A stretch of DNA of 64,000 nucleotides, taken from assembly GCA_049967655.1 (NCBI GenBank), contig JBMFSH010000003.1:78937-142936 (forward strand). Direction: 5' to 3'. The notes below the pieces were generated by a model, which was given only the letters and a program-made list of their open reading frames with translations, was not told the origin of the DNA and ran no database searches. Below are positions 9,721-20,005 of this stretch, in pieces. Source of the DNA: Acidobacteriota bacterium. Lineage in GTDB: Bacteria; Acidobacteriota; UBA4820; DSQY01. A program made the position numbers and the translations under genes. How positions within the stretch are numbered: position 1 is the stretch's first letter; the number at the start of each line of letters is the position of its first letter.

Positions 9721-10536
9721 TTGCCAGCACCCGAGTTGAATGCGCGCGTGGCCCAGCGCAGCGAGGTGGCCCCGGGGCTCTGCATCCTGAGGGTGGTTCC
9801 CGAGGGGTGGGAGCTGTCGGATTTCCTGCCGGGCCAGTTCGCGGTGCTGGGGCTTCCCGCCTCGGCGCCCAGGGATCCCTTCGCCGACATCGAGGAGCCG
9901 CCCAAGGAGCCGGACAAGCTCATCCGGCGCTCCTACTCCATCGCCTCCTCATCGAAGGCTAGGGAGTACCTGGAGTTCTACGTGGCCCTGGTTCATTCGG
10001 GCTCCCTGAGCCCCCGCCTCTTCATGTTGAGGCCCGGCGACCCCCTGTGGCTCGGGAAGAAGTTCACGGGCCTATTCACCCTGGCGGAGGTCCCGCCGGA
10101 GCGGAACGTGCTCCTCATCGCCACGGGCACGGGGATCGCGCCCTACATGAGCATGCTGCGCACGCACGCGCCGGGCGGAGGGGCGCGCCGCTCCGCCGTC
10201 CTGCACGGCGCCCGACACTCGTGGGATCTGGGCTACCGCTCCGAACTGCTGGCGCTCCAGAAGAGCACCGATCGCTTCACCTACCTGCCCGTGATCAGCA
10301 AGCCCGAGGAGGAGTTCGACCCCTGGCGGCAGCACACGGGCTACGTGCAGGATCTGTGGCGGTCGGGAGCCCTGGACGCGGCGTGGGGCTTCCATCCCGG
10401 GCCGGAGGACACGCACGTCTTCCTCTGCGGAAACCCCGCCATGGTGGACCAGATGTCGGCGCTCCTGCAGGCCGAGGGCTTCAGCGAGCACAGCCGGAAG
10501 GCGCCGGGCCAGATCCACGTGGAGCGGTATTGGTGA
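9721..10536 (+). CDS. fpr: Ferredoxin/flavodoxin-NADP+ reductase
   Basis: RRSYSIAS, GTGIAPYMSM, CGNP and C-terminal ERYW. Confidence 0.9.
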   Translation: MPAPELNARVAQRSEVAPGLCILRVVPEGWELSDFLPGQFAVLGLPASAPRDPFADIEEPPKEPDKLIRRSYSIASSSKAREYLEFYVALVHSGSLSPRLFMLRPGDPLWLGKKFTGLFTLAEVPPERNVLLIATGTGIAPYMSMLRTHAPGGGARRSAVLHGARHSWDLGYRSELLALQKSTDRFTYLPVISKPEEEFDPWRQHTGYVQDLWRSGALDAAWGFHPGPEDTHVFLCGNPAMVDQMSALLQAEGFSEHSRKAPGQIHVERYW

Positions 10537-10564
10537 AGTGAGGAGTGAGGAGTGAGGAGTGAGG
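10537..10564. repeat. Heptamer array (AGTGAGG)x4
   Basis: Four exact units directly after the fpr stop; contains the xerD start codon. Confidence 0.9.
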
Positions 10565-11457
10565 AGGAGAAAAGGGGGAAGTTCCCGGAGGAGTTGGCGC
10601 TCTTCTTCGACCACCTGACCGTGGAGCGGGGGCTCTCACCCAAGACGGTGGAGGCCTACCGCAGCGACCTGCTCCGCTTCTTCGATGCGTGCCGGAAGGC
10701 CCCGGAAAAGGTGGGCCGGGAGGACGTCAGGGCCTTCCTGGGGCGGGAGCGCACCGAGGGGCACTCGGCCAGCACGGCGGCCCGGCGCCTCGTGGCCCTG
10801 CGGACCTTCTACCGCTTCCTGATCCTGGAGCGGAAGGTGGGGGGCGATCCCACCGAGAACGTGGACGCGCCGCGCACCCTCAAGCGGCTTCCCGAGTACC
10901 TCACCCCTGAGGAGGTGGAGCGGCTGCTGGAGGCGCCCGACGCGGGGAGCGCTACGGGGCTCCGGAACCGGGCCATGCTGGAGGTGCTCTACGCCACCGG
11001 CATCCGGGTCTCCGAGCTGACGGGACTCACGCAGGAGCGGTACAACCCCCAGGCGGGCTTCGTCCTGGTCATGGGGAAGGGGAGCAAGGAGCGCGTGGTG
11101 CCCCTCGGCGAGGTGGCGCAGGACTGGGTGGAGCGATACCGCTCCGAGTCTCGGCCCAGCCTCCTGAAGAACCGCGTCTCGTCCGCCCTCTTCGTGACGG
11201 CCAGGGGCGGGCCGCTCAGCCGGCAGATGGTCTGGATCTTGATCACCGGTTACGCCCGCCAGGCGGGCATCACCAAGCACATGAGCCCGCACACGCTCAG
11301 GCACTCCTTCGCCACGCACCTCCTGGAGCACGGCGCCGACCTCCGGGCCGTCCAGCTCCTCCTGGGCCACGCCGACATCTCGACCACTCAGATCTACACC
11401 CACGTGGAGCAGGAGAGGCTGAAGCGCATCTACCGCCAGTTCCACCCTAGGGCGTAG
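10552..11457 (+). CDS. xerD: Site-specific tyrosine recombinase XerD
   Basis: [60 protein letters not shown] end. Confidence 0.92.
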   Translation: MRSEEEKRGKFPEELALFFDHLTVERGLSPKTVEAYRSDLLRFFDACRKAPEKVGREDVRAFLGRERTEGHSASTAARRLVALRTFYRFLILERKVGGDPTENVDAPRTLKRLPEYLTPEEVERLLEAPDAGSATGLRNRAMLEVLYATGIRVSELTGLTQERYNPQAGFVLVMGKGSKERVVPLGEVAQDWVERYRSESRPSLLKNRVSSALFVTARGGPLSRQMVWILITGYARQAGITKHMSPHTLRHSFATHLLEHGADLRAVQLLLGHADISTTQIYTHVEQERLKRIYRQFHPRA

Positions 11458-11565
11458 GGCCGCTCGCCGGATGGTCCGTCCCTCTCGATGGGTGCGCCGA
11501 GGGCGGCTGGGGGTGGCAGGCAGGTTGGGGGAGCGATCGCCAGATCGAGAGACCCGGGCGGGGCC

Positions 11566-11590
11566 GTAGGAGGCCTCTCCAGAGGCCGAT
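11566..11590 (+). repeat. GTAG-type REP-like hairpin, copy 1
   Basis: GTAGGA-GGCCTCT-CC-AGAGGCC-GAT; further copies at 18285-18309 (reverse) and 19837-19862. Confidence 0.75.
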
Positions 11591-11613
11591 GCGCCGTGCC
11601 GCCTTCCCTACCC

Positions 11614-12066
11614 TCAAGCCCCCGGACGCAACTTGGAGAAAATAGGCGCTAGAAAGGTTGCCCCCGTAAGGCCCGCAATCAATCCAACCAGGATTAGAAG
11701 GATGATGATAAGCAAGTAGAGGCCTCCCCCGATGATGCCTGTCCAGGCGTATCCCTTTCCGCCGAGCATTCCATCGGAATGGCCGATGCGGGAGAGGGAG
11801 ACTACGCCCAAAATGACGGCAAGCAGGGCCATCAGCATAAAGCAGCACGAAAGAACCGCGCTGATGGCTTGATAGCCCGCCATCTTTGCCATAGTCCCTT
11901 GGAAGGAGCCGCCGGCACCGGTTGCAAGGGTGAGGATCATCAAAGCGGCACTCGTTCCGCAGCAGCAAAACCAGGGGGCTATGCCAAAAGCCATGGAAGC
12001 CTTCGCCATGCCACTGACTTGTGGAGGCGAAGCGGGAACCGGTTGAGCCTGATAGACGTCACTCAT
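11614..12066 (-). CDS. DUF4190-like membrane protein
   Basis: SGMAKAS...LG...SLSRI...GKGYAWTGII pattern; RBS GGAGG; visibly lower GC. Confidence 0.75.
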   Translation of the reverse strand: MSDVYQAQPVPASPPQVSGMAKASMAFGIAPWFCCCGTSAALMILTLATGAGGSFQGTMAKMAGYQAISAVLSCCFMLMALLAVILGVVSLSRIGHSDGMLGGKGYAWTGIIGGGLYLLIIILLILVGLIAGLTGATFLAPIFSKLRPGA

Positions 12067-12251
12067 GGCAATCCTCCCTTCCCACCTTCAGTCGGTCCGT
12101 GAGCCCGTGGAATGAGAAGAGCCTACACCCGATCGGCCAGCGGGGCAACGGGTTGGGAGCCTGCATGGCAACGCTAGGGAGTGAAGGAAGGTGAGCTCCC
12201 CCTCCCGCCCCGCTTTTCCCTCCACCCTCCACTCTCTACCCTCCACCGCCC

Positions 12252-12764
12252 CTAAGCCAGCAGCCGCCAGACCCAGACCACGAGGATGAGCACGATGAGG
12301 GCGACGACCGTGGGCAGGAAGACGGGCAGGTCGAAGAGGTGCTCGAAGGGGCGCCTCTTCTTCCAGGCCACCGGGAGGTAGATCCAGGCGCAGAGGGCGG
12401 CGAGGAAGACGCCGACCCCGGCCGGCTGCGTCTCGATGGCCGTGATGGCGTGTCCGTGAAGCATCCACGCGAAGGAGGTGGTCATGCCGCAGGAGGGGCA
12501 GGGCTTGTGAAAGGCCTCGTAGAAGCCGCAGGGGGGAAGGTCCAGCTCCGTGTGGGTGCCCAGCCCGGCGGGGTCCGGGCGGAGCCAGCGGGCGATCCCC
12601 AGGACGGCCAGGAAGGAGAACCAGCAGAAGCCGTACAGGAGGTGGTCCAGGAAGGCGAAGGGCCTGGGTTTCGGCGCGCCGCGGTCGGCCGCGCGGGTCG
12701 GGCCGGCGCCGGCCGGCGCTCCGGGTGGGGCTCCGGGCCCGCTGGCGGGGGGGCTCCTCTTCAC
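12252..12764 (-). CDS. DUF2752-like membrane protein
   Basis: GTH..L.LPPC.F....PCPSCGMTTSF motif; start overlaps the cheC stop. Confidence 0.8.
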   Translation of the reverse strand: MKRSPPASGPGAPPGAPAGAGPTRAADRGAPKPRPFAFLDHLLYGFCWFSFLAVLGIARWLRPDPAGLGTHTELDLPPCGFYEAFHKPCPSCGMTTSFAWMLHGHAITAIETQPAGVGVFLAALCAWIYLPVAWKKRRPFEHLFDLPVFLPTVVALIVLILVVWVWRLLA

Positions 12765-13375
12765 CGGTGTCGCAGCTTCTCGATGGCGGCCAGCAGCGTC
12801 TCGATGGAGCGCGGATCGGGCAGGAAGAAGAAGTGGCCGGAGAAGGAGTGGTCGCGGGAGGCGAAATCGGTCTGGATCACGAGCGCCTGGTCGGTGACCT
12901 CGGCCAGTTCGATCAGGAGGAGGTCCACCACGGCCTGCGCCATGTCCATGGCGAAGGCCGGGATGGAGGGGATGAGCGCGATGTTCAGCAGGGCGCTGAC
13001 GGCGGTCAGGTAGGAGGAAGTGAGGATGTTCCCTACCTCCTTGAGCGCCGAGATCTCCATTTCGCCGAGGGCGCGGCGCGGCGTGGAGCCGTTGAAGAGC
13101 AGGGCCAGGAGCCCCTCCGCGGAGGACCGGGGCAGGACGAGGAGCATGTTGCCCCGGGAACCCCCGTAGATGCGGAAGAAGAGGCCGAGGACCTCTTCCT
13201 CCGGGCCGCCCAGGGCCTCCACGACGCTAGAGAAGGGCAGCACGTCGACGGCGGGCACCTCCAGGGTGACCACGCGGTGGGTCATCTGGTGGAGGGCCGT
13301 GACGGCGTTCCCTGCCCCTATGTTGCTGATCTCCTTGAGCGCGTCCAGGTCCTCATCCGTCATCTGCTTGAACAT
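12761..13375 (-). CDS. cheC: CheC-family phosphatase (DifG-like)
   Basis: Two ExxN motifs: DALKEISNIGAG and SALKEVGNILTS. Confidence 0.92.
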   Translation of the reverse strand: MFKQMTDEDLDALKEISNIGAGNAVTALHQMTHRVVTLEVPAVDVLPFSSVVEALGGPEEEVLGLFFRIYGGSRGNMLLVLPRSSAEGLLALLFNGSTPRRALGEMEISALKEVGNILTSSYLTAVSALLNIALIPSIPAFAMDMAQAVVDLLLIELAEVTDQALVIQTDFASRDHSFSGHFFFLPDPRSIETLLAAIEKLRHR

Positions 13376-15272
13376 GCGCGTCCTCTCCGTCGCGCTTCAC
13401 CAGCGCGCGTCCGTCCAGAATGTAGGCCAGATCCCCGGTGGAGAGAAGCGCTCCCCCCATCCACTCGGGAACCATCTCCAGGGGTGGGCCCCAGGGGAGG
13501 ATCACCACCCGCTCGCTCTGGTACACCCGCGAGACGATCAGGACGCGGTCGCGCTGGGGAGCGCCGATCCGAAGGGCGTAGCCCCCGCCGTCCTGGGGGC
13601 CGGGTCCCCAGCGCAGGACGGGAAGCAGGTCGCCGTTGTCCTCGAGGTAGCGCCTCGACCCCTGTCGGACCAGGGGATGGGCGGCCAGGTCGAGGATGGC
13701 CTGAACCTGCGAGGAGGGGAGGCCGTAACGGAGCTCGTCCCCCCATCCGAAGACCAGGACCCGGGTCAGGGTGACGGCGGAGGGGAGCACGAGGGAGAAG
13801 CGGCTGCCTGCCCCGGTCTCGGTGGCCATTTCGATGTGGCCGCCCAGGGACTCCACGGCCGCGCGGACCACGTCCAGGCCCACGCCGCGCCCGCTCACTT
13901 CGGAGACCTCCTTCCGGGTGGTGAAGGCCGGCAGGGTGAGGAGTTCGAGCAGGCGGTCCCGATCGAGCAGGGCCGCCTCCTGGGGGCTGTACAGCCCGCG
14001 CTCCGCGGCGGCCTGGCGCACCGCCTCGAGGTCGATGCCCCGGCCGTCGTCCTCCAGGGTCACGAAGAGCGCCTCCCCCTCCCGGGTGATGGAGAGCTTC
14101 AGTAGACCCACCGCCGGCTTGCCCGCCGCCGCCCGCTCCGCTGGGGCTTCGATGCCGTGGTCCACGGCGTTGCGGGCGAGGTGCATGAGCGGATCCAGCA
14201 GCTTCTCCAGCACCGAGCGGTCCACCTGCTGGTCCGCACCCGCGTGCTCGAACCGCACGGGCTTGCCCAGGCGCCCAGAGAGCTCCCGGACGGCCCGCCC
14301 CAAGCGGTCCACCAGGGAGTCGAAGGGGACCAGGCGCACCGCCAGGACCTGATCGAAGAGTCGGTTCAGGCTGCTGCGGTGGCTTTCGAGCCAGAAGCGG
14401 TGGCGGCGGCGCTCCCGATCCGGAAGGCCGGACTGGAAGGCGTTGAGCTGGAACAGCAGGTCGGAGGTCTGGGCGAGCAGGGCGTCGAGATCTGCCGACT
14501 GGACCCGCAGGCTGCCCACCAGAACCTGGTCGGGGCGGGCGGCGGCCGGGGAGGCCTCGCGCTCCAGGCTCACACCGGACACCTCCGAGAGCCCCTGGAT
14601 GCTCTTGGCCAGCTCCTTGACCTGCGGCGAATCGGGCAGGAGGAAGGCGGCGGAGCGCAGGTTGCCGGCCTGGACCTCCGCCAGTCCAGGCTCCATGACG
14701 AAATCCGGGAAGGCCCCCCGCACCTTGTTCATCACCACCGCCAGGCGCGCGGCCGGCAGCGGGGAGGCCGGATCGATGGTCACCGTGACCCTCAGGGAGG
14801 GGGCGGCCCGGCCGGAAGGTGGCACGGCGGGCGGTTGGCTGGCCGGAGGGGGCGGAGCGGGGCGGTCGGACGGCGAGGCGGGGAGGGCGGCCGGCCCCTC
14901 CGGTCCCGCGTCGAGGCCCCGGATGGCGCGCTCGACGGCGGCTTCGAGCCCCTGGTCCGCGCCCGTCGCCTGGGCCTGGTCCACGAGGGAATCGAGGGCG
15001 TCCAGGGCCGCCAGGAGGGCGGAGGATTGGCCGGCCGTCGGGGCCTCTCCGTCCCGCCAGCGGCCCAGCAGGGTCTCCATCCGGTGGGCCAGGGAGCTCG
15101 TGGCCTCGAAGCCCATGGAGGCCGCCATGCCCTTGAGCGAGTGGGCGCTGCGGAACAGCTCGGCGAGGGCGGACCTCTGCACCTCCTCTCCGGAGGGGAT
15201 GCCCCGCCGCATCCGGGCGAGGTGCTCCCTGCACTCGGAGACGTACAGGTCGAGATACTTGGAGGTGTCCAT
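13353..15272 (-). CDS. cheA: Chemotaxis histidine kinase CheA (DifE-like)
   Basis: HPt AHSLKG, P2-like domain, HLARNAVDHGIE, DDGRG, SGRGVGLD, C-terminal CheW-like domain; start MDTSKY. Confidence 0.93.
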   Translation of the reverse strand: MDTSKYLDLYVSECREHLARMRRGIPSGEEVQRSALAELFRSAHSLKGMAASMGFEATSSLAHRMETLLGRWRDGEAPTAGQSSALLAALDALDSLVDQAQATGADQGLEAAVERAIRGLDAGPEGPAALPASPSDRPAPPPPASQPPAVPPSGRAAPSLRVTVTIDPASPLPAARLAVVMNKVRGAFPDFVMEPGLAEVQAGNLRSAAFLLPDSPQVKELAKSIQGLSEVSGVSLEREASPAAARPDQVLVGSLRVQSADLDALLAQTSDLLFQLNAFQSGLPDRERRRHRFWLESHRSSLNRLFDQVLAVRLVPFDSLVDRLGRAVRELSGRLGKPVRFEHAGADQQVDRSVLEKLLDPLMHLARNAVDHGIEAPAERAAAGKPAVGLLKLSITREGEALFVTLEDDGRGIDLEAVRQAAAERGLYSPQEAALLDRDRLLELLTLPAFTTRKEVSEVSGRGVGLDVVRAAVESLGGHIEMATETGAGSRFSLVLPSAVTLTRVLVFGWGDELRYGLPSSQVQAILDLAAHPLVRQGSRRYLEDNGDLLPVLRWGPGPQDGGGYALRIGAPQRDRVLIVSRVYQSERVVILPWGPPLEMVPEWMGGALLSTGDLAYILDGRALVKRDGEDAHVQADDG

Positions 15273-15301
15273 GAGCGCCGCCCGCGGCCCGGCCCGACGG
15301 G

Positions 15302-15670
15302 TCAACCGACCATGACGGAGTCGAGCACCTTGAGCACCTTCTCCGCGGAGAAGGGCTTGACGATGAAGTCCTTGGCCCCCGCGGCGATGGATTCGATGAC
15401 CAGGGCCTCCTGGCCGAGTGCGGAGCACATGATGATCCTGGCCTTGGGCGAGGTCTTGAGGATCTCCCGGCACGCCTCGATGCCGTCCATCTGCGGCATG
15501 ACGATGTCCATCGTGACCAGGTCGGGAGCGAGGGCGCGGAACTGCTCCACCGCCTCCTGGCCGTTCGAGGCCTCGCCCACCACTTCGTACCGGCCCGAGT
15601 TGACGAGGATGTCCCGGATCATGGCCCTCATGAACATGGCGTCGTCGACAATGAGAACCCTATGAGGCAT
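15302..15670 (-). CDS. cheY: CheY response regulator (DifD-like)
   Basis: Stand-alone receiver: VDDA, MDIVMP, CSA, KPF. Confidence 0.93.
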   Translation of the reverse strand: MPHRVLIVDDAMFMRAMIRDILVNSGRYEVVGEASNGQEAVEQFRALAPDLVTMDIVMPQMDGIEACREILKTSPKARIIMCSALGQEALVIESIAAGAKDFIVKPFSAEKVLKVLDSVMVG

Positions 15671-16115
15671 GGTCTCTCCCAGCGGTTTGGTAGTGCACGG
15701 ACAGGGCCATGGCCCGACTCAGTTCGGCGGCCACGGCGGAGGGGTTGATCACGCCCACCCACTCCTGGTTCCATGGATAGAGGCCGCCCCAGATCCCCTC
15801 GTTCTTCTCCTCTCGCAGGGCGAGTTCGTCGTATGCAACCACGTCCTCCACCGTGCCCACGGTGAGCGCCAGGTGCCCCAGCGGCGAGGCGAGCCGGAGC
15901 AGAAGCTCCTGCCCCTCCGCGGCTGGAGGCTCGTCCACGAGGGCTGGCGTGTCCAGCACGGTCACGAGCTGGCCCTTGAGGAAGGCGGCGGCCCGCAGAT
16001 AGGGATAGGAGGCCGGGAGCGGGTAGAGCCTGGGAAGGGGAGAGATCTCCGCCAGGTGGTCCGTCAGAAATCCCACCGGCCGGTCCGCCACCCGTGCCAC
16101 CAGCAGCTTGCGCAT
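15660..16115 (-). CDS. cheW: CheW coupling protein (divergent, DifC-like)
   Basis: LP..P...GQLVTVLD...LALTVGTV pattern and operon position. Confidence 0.75.
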   Translation of the reverse strand: MRKLLVARVADRPVGFLTDHLAEISPLPRLYPLPASYPYLRAAAFLKGQLVTVLDTPALVDEPPAAEGQELLLRLASPLGHLALTVGTVEDVVAYDELALREEKNEGIWGGLYPWNQEWVGVINPSAVAAELSRAMALSVHYQTAGRDHAS

Positions 16116-16182
16116 TCCTCTCCCCATCCAACTCCCGGGACCTGCTCCACGGGGGCCCTTGGAAGGCCCGGGAGCCTCCCGG

Positions 16183-17421
16183 CTACAGCTTGAACCTCTC
16201 CACGAGGGACCGGAGGCGGTTCGCCTCCTCCAGCAGAGCCTTGGCCTGCTGGTCGATCTCTTCCATGCTGGCGGTGGTCTCCTGAGTGGCGGCCGAAGCC
16301 TCCTGCGTGCCCGCGGCGTTGTCCGTGGCCACGGAGCGGATCTCCTCCATGGACTTGCTCAGGGCCGCGGCGCCCTGGGCCTGAATGGCCGCCTCTCGGG
16401 CGATGGCGCGGATGGACTCGCGCGTCTGCTCGGCGCCCGCGCTGATCCCCTCCAGGGCCCGCGCGGCCGTTTCGGTGACCTTCTGCCCCAGGCGGGCCGC
16501 GGCGCGCGTCTCCTCCATACGGCCGGCCACCTCCTGGGTGCGTCCGGTGATCTCCTGCGCGAGCCTGGCGATCTGGGCGGCGAGCTCGCGGGTGTTTTCG
16601 GCCAGCCGGCGGACCTCCTCTGCCACCACCGCGAAGCCCCGTCCCGCATCGCCCGCCCGCGCCGCCTCGATGGTGGCGTTGAGGGCGAGGATGTGGGTCT
16701 GGTGGCTGAGGGTGGTGATGGTTTCCACGAGGTTGTGAATCTCCCCGGCCTGCTCGCGGAAAGTGCCCACCAAGCCGGCGGAGCGCTCCACGTGACCCAG
16801 GATGCCGTCCATCGCCTGGGCGGCCTCGGTAGAGGCGGCCTTGCCCTCCCGGGCCTTCTCGGCCGATACCACGGCCTGCTCCTCCGTGGACCGGCTCCTC
16901 TCAGCGATGGCCGAAGCGGAGGCAGCCACGTTGTCGGTCACGCCGGCGGCCTCCTCCAGGCTGGCGGCCTGGGTTTCGGCCCCCTTGGCGATGTTCTGGA
17001 TGTTGCTGGCCACCTCCGCGGTGGAGCCCGTGACCTGGGCGGTGGAGACGGTGAGGTTCTGGGCCGCGTCGTACATCATGCCCGAGCTGGTCTGGACCTG
17101 CCGGACGAGCTCGCGGAGGCTGGTGACCATGGCGTCCAGGGACTTGGCGAGGGAGCCCACCTCGTCCCGGGAGTCCACGGGGATCTCGGCCGAGAGGTCG
17201 CCCGCTGCGAGGCGGGTGCTGATCTGCACCAGCCGCGTGAGCCTCCGGGTGAGCAGGCCCGCCCAGACGAAGGCCGCGAACCCGGCCACCAGAAGCCCGA
17301 AGAAGATCTTCAGCCACGCGTTCTGAGCGGCGTTGATGGGATTCACGTGGTCCAGAACGAGGCCGAAGAGGATAGGGACGAAGACCACCAGGATAAAGGC
17401 CAGCCCGATCTTCACCTTCAT
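16183..17421 (-). CDS. Methyl-accepting chemotaxis protein without a periplasmic ligand domain (DifA-like)
   Basis: Two TMs joined by a short loop, [34 protein letters not shown] overlaps the cheR stop. Confidence 0.92.
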   Translation of the reverse strand: MKVKIGLAFILVVFVPILFGLVLDHVNPINAAQNAWLKIFFGLLVAGFAAFVWAGLLTRRLTRLVQISTRLAAGDLSAEIPVDSRDEVGSLAKSLDAMVTSLRELVRQVQTSSGMMYDAAQNLTVSTAQVTGSTAEVASNIQNIAKGAETQAASLEEAAGVTDNVAASASAIAERSRSTEEQAVVSAEKAREGKAASTEAAQAMDGILGHVERSAGLVGTFREQAGEIHNLVETITTLSHQTHILALNATIEAARAGDAGRGFAVVAEEVRRLAENTRELAAQIARLAQEITGRTQEVAGRMEETRAAARLGQKVTETAARALEGISAGAEQTRESIRAIAREAAIQAQGAAALSKSMEEIRSVATDNAAGTQEASAATQETTASMEEIDQQAKALLEEANRLRSLVERFKL

Positions 17422-18218
17422 GCGCCACCCCACGCTTTGGCGTATACCTTACATCCCGCGTCAACGGCTGCCAAGCCCTCCGGGCGCTTCCGGCCCACCG
17501 ATTCGGCCCTGCCGAGCACCAGCAGCCCGCCCGGAACGAGCGCCTGAACGGCCCGCCGGAGCAGTCTCTCCTGGGCCTCCTCCGTCAGGTAAATGAAGAG
17601 GTTACGCAACAACAGCACGTGAAGGCCCCTTCCCGGAAAGCCCCGAGTCAAATCACAGCACAGAGGCAAGATCCTGTCCGCCACCGCGGGAACGACCCTG
17701 GCTTCCGCCACCTCGTCCTTAAAATACCGCTCTCTCAGCCGATTGTCCAACTTGGCCAGGGATTTGGCGGCCAGCCGGCCCCGTCGCAGCCCGTGCAGCG
17801 CCCGCCGCGAACGGTCCACCGCCAGAATCCGCCCTTCCAGGCCCATCTCGCTGAAGAGGATGGCCAGGCTCACGGCCTCCTCACCCGTGGAGCAGGGGGC
17901 GCTCATGGCCCGGAGGGGCGTCCAGCCCGGCAGCCCGGCCCTCTCCCGAAGGGCCGAGCGGAGCACGGCGAAGACCTCGGGGTTGCGGAAGAGCTCGGTG
18001 GTCGGGACCAGGAGCTTCTGAGCCAGGATGCGCGCCTCTCCGCGGTGCTCCTCCAGGTAGGCCAGGTAGCTCGCCGCGTCGGCACACCCCGTGGCCCGCA
18101 ACCGTGGAGTCAGGCGGCGCTCCAGGAAGGTGGGGCGGTAGTCCTCGCCGCAAAGGCCCGTGGCGCGGTTGATCCAGCTCCGGAGAGCCGTGAGGTCAGC
18201 TTCGGATAATAAACTCAT
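17418..18218 (-). CDS. cheR: CheR methyltransferase (divergent)
   Basis: [37 protein letters not shown]. Confidence 0.85.
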   Translation of the reverse strand: MSLLSEADLTALRSWINRATGLCGEDYRPTFLERRLTPRLRATGCADAASYLAYLEEHRGEARILAQKLLVPTTELFRNPEVFAVLRSALRERAGLPGWTPLRAMSAPCSTGEEAVSLAILFSEMGLEGRILAVDRSRRALHGLRRGRLAAKSLAKLDNRLRERYFKDEVAEARVVPAVADRILPLCCDLTRGFPGRGLHVLLLRNLFIYLTEEAQERLLRRAVQALVPGGLLVLGRAESVGRKRPEGLAAVDAGCKVYAKAWGGA

Positions 18219-18284
18219 GCCCGACCTCGCGCAGGGTGCGCAAGAGCGTTCTCCAGCGCCCGACGGTTGGAGAGGGCACGACGC

Positions 18285-18309
18285 ATCGGCCTCTGGAGAG
18301 GCCTCCCAC
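18285..18309 (-). repeat. GTAG-type REP-like hairpin, copy 2
   Basis: Minus strand reads GTGGGAGGCCTCTCCAGAGGCCGAT. Confidence 0.75.
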
Positions 18310-18370
18310 AGACCTTCGGCGTCCCGGTGTCTCGCGCCTGGCGTCTCACTCCTCACTTCTCACTTCCCAC

Positions 18371-19783
18371 TTATCCCCTGACCGCCCTCGCGACCGCTCC
18401 CTCCAGCCAACCGGCCGCATCGGGTTCCGGGGCGCTCAGGCACCCCACGACGGTCCCCTCGCCGCCCCGCAGGCGACCCGGCGGCGGGGCGTAGGCGCAC
18501 AGGGCCTGCGCGAGCGTCAGCCGCTCGGCGGCAGGCTCCCTCGTGAGCAAGGCGTAGAGGTTGCGCAGCGGATCGTGGTCCTCGATGGGGAAGTCGCTCC
18601 CCAGGAGCAGCGCGAGGCCCGCCCGCGCGAGGCTTCCCCAGGGATACGCGGCCGCCATGCGGGCGCCCAGGCGCTCGGCGGCCCAGGAGCGGTCCGATAG
18701 GTAGTGGCACGGCTGGATCGAGGCGGTGACGCCTCCCGCCCGCATGCGCCCGATGGAGGTCTGCGGAAGCAATTGGGCGTGCTCGATACGCGAACCCTTG
18801 GGCCAGCCCGCCGCCTGGAGCGAGTCCAGCGCGATCCGAGCGGCGCGGTCCCCGATGGCGTGGATGGCGGGCGGCAGGCCGAGGAGGGCGAGGCGGCGGA
18901 CCGTCTCGTTCAGCACCTCAGGCTCCCAGATCAGCAAGCCCCTTTCACCCGGCGCGTCGTCGTAGTCCGCCTCCAGACAGGCCCCCCGGCTCCCCAGAGC
19001 GCCGTCGGCGTACAGCTTTGCCCCGGCGACCCGGAAGCTCGAGCCCCGATGCACGGGGAGATCGTCAAGGCCCGTGCGGGCCACGTCGAGATAGCCGTCC
19101 AGGGGGATGGGGAGCTCCCCCTCCGCCTCCATCTGCCGCAGGGTCTCCACGTGGGCGCGCTCCAGCCCCATGTCCGTGGCGCCGCACAGCCCCTTGGCTC
19201 TCAGGGAGCCGAGCCCCGAGCGCAGCCATCGGCGCAGCTCCTGCCGTGCGGGTGGGGGAACCCTTCGGGCGACGAGCTCCATGGCCGCGTCCACGAGGAG
19301 GCCTGTGGGGACTCCGTTCTCCCTGAAGATGAAACCGCCCGGAGGATCGGGCGTGGACTCGCCGACCTCTCCCTCCCGCAGGGCGGCCGAGTTGACCCAG
19401 GCGGCGTGGCCGTCGATGCGCCGGAGGAACACGGGGCGCTCCGGGAAGGCGTCGTCTAAGAGTCTCCGGTGGGGGAAACCGCCTTCCCAGAGGTTCTGGT
19501 CCCAGCCGAAGCCCTCCAGCCAGGCGTCCGCCGGCAGGGAGGAGGCCGGCCCCGCGAGCCTCGCCACGGCCTCCTCCGGCGAGCGGGCGCCGCGGAGGTC
19601 CGCCTGGCAGAGGAGCGCACCCAGCGCGGCCACGTGGCCGTGGTGGTCCCACAGGGGCGGAAGGAGGACCAGGAAGGGGGCCCCGTCGAGGGCCGGATCG
19701 GTCCGCGCCGCCTCGGTCAGGCCTCCCGGAAGAGGGGCGGGGACAAAAACGCCCTCAGCCCGCCAACTTAAAATCTGCTGCAC
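18371..19783 (-). CDS. Amidohydrolase 3 family (YtcJ-like) protein
   Basis: DHHGH, DGHAAWVNSAAL, KLYADGALGSRGA, HAIGD, RIEHAQ, GSDFP; GTG start with AAGGAGG. Confidence 0.9.
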   Translation of the reverse strand: MQQILSWRAEGVFVPAPLPGGLTEAARTDPALDGAPFLVLLPPLWDHHGHVAALGALLCQADLRGARSPEEAVARLAGPASSLPADAWLEGFGWDQNLWEGGFPHRRLLDDAFPERPVFLRRIDGHAAWVNSAALREGEVGESTPDPPGGFIFRENGVPTGLLVDAAMELVARRVPPPARQELRRWLRSGLGSLRAKGLCGATDMGLERAHVETLRQMEAEGELPIPLDGYLDVARTGLDDLPVHRGSSFRVAGAKLYADGALGSRGACLEADYDDAPGERGLLIWEPEVLNETVRRLALLGLPPAIHAIGDRAARIALDSLQAAGWPKGSRIEHAQLLPQTSIGRMRAGGVTASIQPCHYLSDRSWAAERLGARMAAAYPWGSLARAGLALLLGSDFPIEDHDPLRNLYALLTREPAAERLTLAQALCAYAPPPGRLRGGEGTVVGCLSAPEPDAAGWLEGAVARAVRG

Positions 19784-19836
19784 CGGGCCTCCTTGCGTGA
19801 GACGTGAGACGCTAGACGCGAGAGGCGGGTGGCATA

Positions 19837-19862
19837 CTGGGAGGGCCTCTCCAGAGGCCGAT
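19837..19862 (+). repeat. GTAG-type REP-like hairpin, copy 3
   Basis: CTGGGAGGGCCTCTCCAGAGGCCGAT. Confidence 0.65.
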
Positions 19863-20005
19863 TCGCCGTTCGCTTCCCGCCTAGCGCGCCCTGGAGAGCG
19901 TTCCCACGTGCCCTTACAGCCGTCAGCCATTTTTCCCGATTCGTATGTCGTGCTTCCCCAACCCCTTGGTGTCTTGGTGGTGGATCTCTATCTTTATCTT
20001 TTGCC

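Noticed and set aside
10552..11457. Tyrosine recombinase as a phage or island integrase
   Set aside because: Size, motifs and housekeeping context match chromosomal XerD.
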